Below the pieces are notes generated by a model. It was not told the origin of the DNA and did not search any database. It saw only the letters and a program-made list of their open reading frames with translations. A stretch of DNA of 64,000 nucleotides, from the NCBI GenBank assembly GCA_951406725.2, contig OX597839.1, forward strand, positions 11,594,001-11,658,000, given 5' to 3'. Each line of letters begins with the position of its first letter. The stretch's first letter is position 1. This document shows positions 55,204 through 64,000 of this stretch, piece after piece. The position numbers were made by a program, and so were the translations under genes. The DNA comes from Octopus vulgaris. Taxonomy: Eukaryota.

Positions 55204-55474
55204 GGATCTTTTCGGTTTGAACGGCAGTTTTTAACATAATTTCTAGGTAACTAAAAAATTTTAAACTTCATATACTGGTAGAATGTGTTTTTAAAACATC
55301 TTTTTCTCTTGGCTTTATTGAGAAAATTCTATAGTTTGTAAAATATTTGTAGTTATTTTTTCTTCAATTTCTGCAATTTCAACCAATCAGTGACGTCTAT
55401 TGAAGTAAAAAAAAAAACAGTCTGTGCCGTATGAATATGTCCCTCGTTTAAGAAACAGATTGGGTTTATTTACA
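55204..55474 (-). mobile_element. Truncated third copy of the ~410-bp MITE
   Basis: One TIR plus ~270 bp matching the right part of the other copies in reverse orientation. Confidence 0.8.
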
Positions 55475-57560
55475 GTACTATTGAACAGTATATATAATAA
55501 TAGTGTTGAATGGTCCTTGTATAATTGTGTTGTTGAACAATATGTATATAATAGCACTGTTGAACGGTGTATGAACAGTATGGTATGTATATAATATGGT
55601 ATGGTATGTATATAATAGTACTATAGATAATAATACTTACTGTGTAGATAATAATACTTACTGTGTAGATAATAATACTTACTGTTGATGATAAATGCTC
55701 GTGAACAATGTGTAGTTAATAACATTAGTGAACGGTGTGGTTAATAACATTGGTATACAAGGTGTAACTAACATTAGTGAACAATGTGTAGCTAATAACG
55801 TTAGTGAATGCCATGAATGCAGATAACACCACTAAACAGAGGTATGTGTGAGATATTTCACTGAGAATGTAATGTAAAATATAACTCAGTGTGTAATTTC
55901 TCTCTCTCTTTCACTGTCTGTCCATGTTGCTCTCTCTCTCTTCCCATCTCCTTCCCTGCCAGAAACTGGTGCCAAGTTTATTATTAAAACAACAGTGAAG
56001 AGGGGGCAAGCTATCATCTTCAGTTGATATCTAAACATTGCAGAGGAAACATCTGTTTGATGTTCTGTCTAATCAGCTCTCCTGAGAACAGGTTGGCGGT
56101 GTGGTGAAGTGTGTGTGTCTGTGTGGAGCGGTGGTGTGGTGGCTGAGCACTGCTTGCAACAGTCATAGGTTCTAACTTCGCCTGGTGGATTCACCAAAGA
56201 GCATCAGACAAAATGCCAACGGTGTTTATTTATATTTAGATCTTTACGTTCTGAGTTCAAATCTGACTGAGACCAGGTTTTGCCTTTTCATCTGCCAAAA
56301 ACCAATAAAATAAAATACTGATTAAGTATTATTTATTGGTATTGAACAGCGGCGAGCTGGCAGAATTGTTAGCATGCTGGGCGAAATGCTTGACAGTATT
56401 TCGTCTGTCATTACATTGTGAGTTCAAATTCCGCCGAGGTAGACTTTGCCTTTCATCCTTTCAGGGTCGATAAATTAAGTACCAGTTATGCACTGGGGTT
56501 GATGTAATCGACTTAATACCTATGTCTGTCCTTGTTTGTCCCCTCTATGTTTAGCCCCTTGTGGGTAATAAAGAAATAGGTATTAATATTCCTATAAAGG
56601 AATATTATTTCTTGTTTTGTTTTTCGTGTATTATTATTATTATAATTATTACTATTATTTTCCTCAGAGCTCTCCATCCCTTACTAGCCCAGGTTAATTT
56701 TGTATACTTTAGATGTTTAAGTTTCATGGAAGTTACTCAACACCAAGTACCCATCTCAAAATCTCCATTGTCCCCAATAGAGTAAGTAGCTTTTTGGGCC
56801 TGCTTTACCCTCATGTCAATTCCAATTTCTCAGTAAAATAAGTACCAGTCCAGTACTAGGGTCATTCTAATCAATTTACTCCCCCACCCCAAAATTGCTG
56901 ACCTTCTTTCCAAAATTTGAACCCATTTTGGTTATTATTTAAGGTGGCCTGCTGGCAGACTCATTAGCATGCTGGATAAAATAGTGGCATTTTCTAAGCA
57001 AGGTAGAATACTGGGAACGAAGGACACCGCTTGTACAACAGTGACATTCATTTACAACCATCACATGATGTCAAGACAAGGAGATATAGTTACACACACA
57101 CACACACATGACAGGCTTCTTTCAGTTTCTATCTACCAAATCCACTCACAGCACTTTGGTCAACCTGGGTCTATAGTAGAAGACACTTGCTCGAGGTACC
57201 ACACACCCATGTTTACAATTGGTATTAACTAAAAATAACTGGTAGGACAGAGAGATAAGTCAATTTTGACATATATTAAGTACAGAGTACATTAACAGAT
57301 AGATAGTGTTTAGTTAATGTCAGTATGTGTGTGTGTGTGTGTGTGTAACAAAGAGGACATGGAGTATGTTAATTAAATCTAATTGTGGTGTAACTAATTA
57401 AGAAACAGACATACAGATAGTAAATTTGTTAATGTGTGTATGTATGTGTGTGTGTGTGTGTATATATATATATGTATATATATCATCAGATATATATCAT
57501 CGCCATGACAGATTGTTAGCCACTACACACATTTTTTTCTCTCCTTGTTTTCTTTGTCCA

Positions 57561-57596
57561 TTTCTGTAGAAGAGCAAAGGCTCAAAACGTAAAAGA
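57561..57596 (+). ncRNA. Degenerate hammerhead-like motif (G12>A), third copy
   Basis: TTT-CTGTAGA-A-GAGC-aaag-GCTC-AAA-ACGT-A-AAAGA. The catalytic GAAA is changed to AAAA, so it is probably inactive. Confidence 0.45.
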
Positions 57597-58719
57597 CTTT
57601 TTCTATTCCTGAGTGTTATACTAATGCATCTGTTTGTTTTGTACATCACCTGTCTTCGTCTTTTGTTTTTTTCGTAAACTCTCCCTATATATATATCATC
57701 ATCATCGTTTAACGTCCGCTTTCCATGCTAGCATGGGTTGGACAATTTGACTGAGGACTAGCGAACCAGATAGATGCACCAGGCTCCAATCTGATCTGGC
57801 TGTTTCTACAGCTGGATGCCTTTCCTAACGCCAACCACTCCGGTGAGTGTTATTACATGCCACCGGTACAAGGGCCAGTCAGGCGGTATTGGCAACAGCC
57901 ACGCTCAAGTGTTGTTTTTTACATGCCACCTTCACAGGAGCCAGCCCAGTGGCACTGGCAACGACCTCCCTCGAATGTTTTTCATGTGTCACCAGCACAA
58001 GTGCCAGTAAGGCGATGCTGGTAATGATCACGTTTGAACTGTACTTTCTACATGCCACCGGCACAGAAGCCAGTCAGCTGCTCTGGCAACGATCATGCTC
58101 AGATGGTGCTCTTAGCGCTCCACTGGCACGGGTGCCAGTCATCAAATTTGCGAATTTGATTTGATTTCGATTTCACTTGCCTCAACAGGTCTTCACAAGC
58201 AGAGTTTAGTGTCCATTTAGCATGTTTTCCATGCTGACATGGCTTGGATGATTTGAGAAGATCTGAAGGGCTCAAGGACTGCATCATACTCCAGTGTCTG
58301 CTTTGGCATGGTTTCTACAGCTGGATGCCCTTCCTAATGCCAACCACTTTACAGTGTAGGCTGGGTGCTTTTTCACCCCCCCCCCCCCAGCACTACTGAG
58401 ATCATCATGTAGCTCACAAGTCAGCAAAACCTGAGGAGTGGGCAGTGGCGGGGGTTTGCATCTTTGTGTTGAATGGGATTATGCTATGCAGGAAGAGATT
58501 AGGGTAGAGTAGGTTCTTGTTATTGAGGAGCTACATGGTTACTCACCTTTAGAAGAATGAGAACAAATTGGTGATATCTGTATACATAACTTCCTCACTA
58601 GACTCAGCTTGGGTCAAAAGATCTTTGTTATCTCTCCCCCGCAATTCCTATCCATATACACACGATGATAATTACATAGATTTGTTTGACCTTTCATATC
58701 AAGAGAATTTTACTTTATA

Positions 58720-58772
<53 letters not shown>

Positions 58773-58785
58773 CTCTTTGTATGTA

Positions 58786-58835
<50 letters not shown>

Positions 58836-58979
58836 ACACATGTGTATGCATACATGAAGTGCATGCCACTTGATGAATACACACACACACATACACCTCT
58901 TTGTATGTATGTGTGTGTGTGTGTATTTATATATATATATAACAGGTTTTGTTGAATTTTCTGCTGCTTTTAAATAAAG

Positions 58980-59013
<34 letters not shown>

Positions 59014-61521
59014 TGCACACAGCACTGTGTGTTTGTTTGTGCATCTTTGTCTGGAATTGATTTTTGTAATTTTTTCAAGACTTATACAAGCCCTGATACC
59101 ATTAGTATCTACATATCAAATTTGAGCACAATCGGATGGAGGATGCCCAAGATCCTAGAAGACACACAGACGGACAGACAGAACGGATTTTATATAATAG
59201 ATATATACACACACACACACACATAATATTTATACTGCTTTATATTCATATTCCTGCCCATGTACATACCTCATTCTCTGATGTGTTACTGCAAATGAGG
59301 GCAACAACCTTTATATAACATCAATGTGTTTTGTTATGAAAAGGAAGCACGATAGTATCAACTGATAAAAGACCACGATAGAGCATATCTTAATAGCATA
59401 GGCATCACATCATATCTCAGTCCTTCAGTCACTGATAGAGCCTCTCAGCTGGATATTCTCTTAATGACGCTCTCTTAGATAGTCCTTGAGATAATAATCA
59501 AAGACTCCTTCGCTTGGCCTTCACTCAATGATAGTTTCCAGTGATAGTATTGAGAACACTGACAACAATGGCATCTTGTCATTAAGTTTATGACCTCGAG
59601 TCCGCTGCTCTAACCACTAGGCTATGTGCCTCCACACACATGTAGGTATGGGCATGGCTGTGCAGTAAAAAGCTTGTTTTCTACCCACGTGGTTCCAGGT
59701 TCAATCCCACTGTGTGGCACCTCGTGTGTATTACTGACTCTCTGCCTTGACATTGTGTGATTGTTGTAAATGAATGTCATCATCATGCATACATGATAGG
59801 CCTGACCTTGGGCTAAATAACTTTCTTTATCGGTTGACTGGTTTGAATGGAACAAGATACAGGAGGGAGGAGTCGTATCACACAAGATATGCACTCAGAA
59901 TGTCCCTGTCAAGAAAACGTGGGACAGGTTCTTTACTCAACCTTATAGTATAACTGGTATTTTTGTTTTTTTGACTTCTGCGAAAGCCACGAGTCAGAAT
60001 GTTCTTCCCAAAGAAAAATGCTTGCTCACACATGTAGATATTGTTTGTTCCTTCTCGAGCCATGCCTGGCTCATAAGGGCCGGTTTCTTGGCGTATAGGT
60101 TCCCCACCTGGATGGGACGCCAGTCCGTCGCAGGTGAGATGCAGGAGGAAAGAGTGAGAGAAAGTTGTGGCGGAAGAATCAGCAGAAGTTTCGCCATTAC
60201 CTTCTGCCGGAGCCGTGTGGGAGCTTAGGTGTTTCGCTCATAAACACACACATCATCCGGTCTGAGATTCGAAACCACGATCCCTCGACCTCGAGTCCGC
60301 TGCTCTAACCACTAGGCCATGTGCCTCCACACACATGTAGGTATGGGCATGGCTGTGCAGTAAAAAGCTTGTTTTCCACCCACGTGGTTCCAGGTTCAAT
60401 CCCACTGTCTGGCACCTCGTGTGTATTACTGACTCTCTGCCTTGACATTGTGTGATTGTTGTAAATGAATGTCATCATCATGCAAGCAGCATCCTGCATT
60501 CCCAATCTTCGGGAAAATATTACCTTACTGGGAGACAGGCGAGGGTTGACAACAGGAAGGGCATCCAGCTGTAAAAAAATCCACCTCAACAAAACTCCAT
60601 CTGACCCATGCAAACATGGAAAAGCAGATGTAAAAACAATGATGATAACCACAGATGCAGGCAGGGCTGTGTGGTAAGAAATTTGCTTTCCAACCACATG
60701 GTTCCAGGTTCAGTCCCACTGCATGGAACCTTGGGGATGTACCTTTTACTATATAGCCTTGGGTCGACCAAAGCCTTGTGAGTGTATTTTGTAGACAGAA
60801 ACTACTTAACAACCAGTGTTGGTTTGTTTGCATTCCTGTAACCCAGTGGTTTGGCAAAATGAGATCAATAGAATAAGTACAAAATTTTAAAAGAAAAAAA
60901 AAGCCTACTGGGGTCAATTCATCCACCAGCATGGCCATTGTTTCATGACTGATACAGATAAAAAAATAAAGAAAAATATCACACACACACACAAAATCAG
61001 TTGTGAGGTTACCACTACTTCTTGTAATTGCCATCCAAGCTTAACACCGAAAGTTTATAGTCACTCAGCCTCCTAGAAATACCAGCTAAATCTCCCTCAT
61101 ATTTTGCTATCTTTAGACATGACAGACTCAGAAGATTATGAAATCTCTTAGAAATCTCTTAGAAAACTAAAAATTAAAAAGAATGAAGGCAGTGATGATC
61201 ACAGCTGGGAGACCATACATGATAGGCCTGACCTTGGGCTAAATAACTTTCTTTATCGGTTGACTGGTTTGAATGGAACAAGATACAGGAGGGAGGAGTC
61301 GTATCACACAAGATATGCACTCAGAATGTCCCTGTCAAGAAAATAACCCTTTATCCATAAATCAGTCTGGTATTGAACCCCGGGTCATGCTTGATCCAGC
61401 TGGCCTGTAAGCAGACACATTCCTGTTTCTCTCATAGTTGATTTCTGAAGATTAAATATAATATGTATATCTACATATATATTTATATACGTAGACACCT
61501 ATACACAAACACACATGCATA

Positions 61522-61930
61522 GGCGCAGGAGTGGGTGTGTGGTAAGTAGCTTGCTTACCAACCACATGGTTCCGGGTTCAGTCCCACTGCGTGGCATCTT
61601 GGGCAAGTGTCTTCTGCTATAGCCCCGGGCCGACCAATGCCTTGTAAGTGGATTTGGTAGACGGAAACTGAAAGAAGCCCGTCGTATATATGTATATATA
61701 TATATATATGTGTGTGTGTTTGTGTGTCTGTGTTTGTCCCCCCAACATTACTTGACAACTGATGCTGGTGTGTTTACGTCCTCGTAACTTAGCAGTTCAG
61801 CAAAAGAGACCAATAGAATAAGTACTAGGCTTACAAAAAGAATAAGTCTCGGAGTCGAGTTGCTTGATTAAAGGCGGTGCTCCAGCATGGCCGCAGTCAA
61901 ATGACTGAAACAAGTAAAAGAGTAAAGAGT
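61522..61930 (+). mobile_element. Full-length ~410-bp tRNA-derived SINE, family A (CORE-like octopus SINE)
   Basis: tRNA-like head (TGTGTGG... and GGTTCAGTCC boxes), CORE-like segment GCA[CT]CTTGGGCAAGTGTCTT, central microsatellite and GTAAAAGA-repeat tail. More than 20 copies or fragments occur in the window. Confidence 0.85.
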
Positions 61931-62123
61931 ATACATACATATTCACTCTGTGTGTGTGTGTGTAAGTTTATCTTTTCATTTTCAAATTGCTATTTCAAAA
62001 GGTGTATTTGGGATTGTGTGAGTTCTTAGTATGATGGTGCATAAGCATGTTTGTATACATTATCTCATCATCATATATATATATATATCTATAGAATAAT
62101 ATGTGACAATTATTCAATAGCCA

Positions 62124-62186
62124 AGATAAAACTCTGAGTTTCGGATGCCGAGGTGGAAATCCACAACACCATCTCTTCGGTTATCT
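62124..62186 (-). ncRNA. Type I hammerhead-ribozyme-like motif (variant core CCGAAGA)
   Basis: Minus strand reads AGATAA-CCGAAGA-GATG...CATC(C)-GAA-ACTC-A-GAGT-T-TTATCT. This gives a perfect 6-bp stem I, a stem II with an inner GTGG/CCAC hairpin, a palindromic stem III and a GUU cleavage triplet. It lies in a ~135-bp insert (about 62093-62226) flanked by (TA)n. Confidence 0.65.
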
Positions 62187-62524
62187 GGTCTCTGTCTTTC
62201 TTTTGTTATCTTACTGTTTACACTAATATATATATATAGACACACACATACACACATGTGTTTGTGTAAAATACTGTATTAATATGAATGGTCCATCTAG
62301 TGAATATCTTGTGCATATAAGAGTGTATATTAAACAATACAGTGATAAGAAGAGCATATATACAAAGTGTATGTTTGTGATTATTATCATTATAGTGTCT
62401 ATCTTAGCACTGGAGTGTATACATACAGCAATGAGTATATATAAAGTAGTTATCTAGTGTGTTGCATATGGTTTGTGTTCTTACCAACACGCACATACAT
62501 GTGTGTGTGTGTATATATATGTAT

Positions 62525-62557
<33 letters not shown>

Positions 62558-62586
62558 CATGTGTGTGTGTGTATATATATATGTAT

Positions 62587-62619
<33 letters not shown>

Positions 62620-62631
62620 CATGTGTGTGTG

Positions 62632-62684
<53 letters not shown>

Positions 62685-63194
62685 TCATTCTGTGATAGGT
62701 CTGAATGCATATGTAACACAATTTGCTCTGATGGAAATTCTCTAAAGTGTTTTTCTTAATCTATTTAGATTTGTTTCTCAGATTCTAAGCTTTCAAGTAC
62801 TAAATTGATGTCTAATATAATAGTATCTACCTACTCCTTCCGCCTACACCCCGCACCATCCATCTCCACTCCACCCAATACCCCCCCCCCCCGTCTACCA
62901 TTTTCTTCACCCTACGCACCACATCTACCATTTCCTTCACCATGTACACCAGCACATACCAATTTCTTTAGCACATACACCACTCTGTACCATTGTGATG
63001 ATGTCTTAGGAATCTATTTATTTTATTCCAGAGAACATGTCCTGTACAAGAGAAGAATCATCATCTTGTTCTACCATTAATGCTGTTGCTTTCATTATCA
63101 TCATCAATATCACCAACACCATTAATAACCACTGTTACAACAGCATTTACGTGTTTACTTGAGCTCCTAGAAATAGCACCCAAAACACCCTTAA

Positions 63195-63414
63195 CCCTTT
63201 CATTACTGTATTTATTTTGAGATGCTCTGTGTTTCTTTTAATTACTTTAAATATAACAAAGAATTTAGTAAAATAACTTGGTTGTCATTCAGCTAGTATT
63301 AGGAATATAAATTGTGACTAAAGTTTGGTGGAAGATTTTAATTCAACAAATATGAAAACAAGACATTTGTACTCAGAGCTAGAGCTGGTTTCAGCTGGGT
63401 TGGTAACGAAAGGG
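63195..63414. mobile_element. piggyBac-type MITE
   Basis: TTAA|CCCTTTCATTAC ... GTAACGAAAGGG|TTAA: TTAA duplication at 63191-63194 and 63415-63418, with CCC/GGG termini. Confidence 0.85.
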
Positions 63415-64000
63415 TTAAACAGCAGCCTGCTATTCTAGATAAAGAAAAGCAAAATAGGTCCCAGCCCTCTGTTAGTTATGGCGATGAGGGTTTTAGTTGA
63501 TACAATCAATGGGACAGACTGCTCATGAAATTATTGTGCAAGTGGCTGAGCACTCTGCAGACATGTGTACCCTTAATGTGTGTAATTCTGAGGGAGATTC
63601 AGCATGACAATAGAGTACCACTCATTTTTACCAATAAAGTGTCTTGCTCAAGGACGCAACACACCACCAGGAATTGAACTCACAACCTTAGATTTGTGAG
63701 CCAAATGCCCTAACCAGTAAGCCACTCACCTTCACTTCATCTTAGATAACAAGACACATTTGGGATCAGTGTCGCCTTACTGGTACTTGTGCCCGTGCTA
63801 GTAGGATGCCAAGAGCACCATCCGAGTGTGATCGTTACCAGAGCAGCCAACTGGCTTCTGTGCCAGTGGCACGTAAAAGGGCACCATTCGAGTGTGAACG
63901 TTACCAACGTCGCCTTACTGGCACCTGTGCTGGTGGCATGTGTAAAAGGATTTGAGTGAGGTCGTTACCAGTACTGCCTGACTGGCCCCTGTGACGGTAG

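Larger units (their letters stand above)
48136..56579. mobile_element. Further family B copies: 48136-48363 (-), 49159-49386 (+), 49820-50050 (+), 50290-50705 (+, dimer), 56349-56579 (+)
   Basis: Each aligns to 32546-32777. The span given is only the envelope of the listed copies. Confidence 0.8.

Overview
This is repeat-dominated, AT-rich animal DNA. The mix of SINE families and microsatellites looks like an Octopus (coleoid cephalopod) genome; that assignment is an inference from the repeats. I found no credible host protein-coding exon, and almost every listed ORF is a translated (TA)n/(TG)n/(CAT)n microsatellite. Supported features are one tRNA-Lys(UUU) gene, many copies of at least five short retroposon families, and 3' fragments of a CR1 LINE and a probable L1/Tx1 LINE. 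DNA elements include a ~410-bp TIR MITE, piggyBac and hAT MITEs and a Helitron-like element. There are also minisatellites, local duplications and a CpG-rich promoter-like domain at about 12-29 kb. The most interesting signal is a set of short elements in or next to (TA)n tracts that carry minimal type I hammerhead-ribozyme folds. These have non-canonical cores and palindromic stem III, as in Penelope-like elements. Three large fold-back palindromes are also present, one centred on a hammerhead remnant. A second signal is a SINE that shares its tail with the Tx1-like LINE and repeatedly forms arrays joined at one palindromic site. All alignments and folds were made by eye, and repeat boundaries are approximate.
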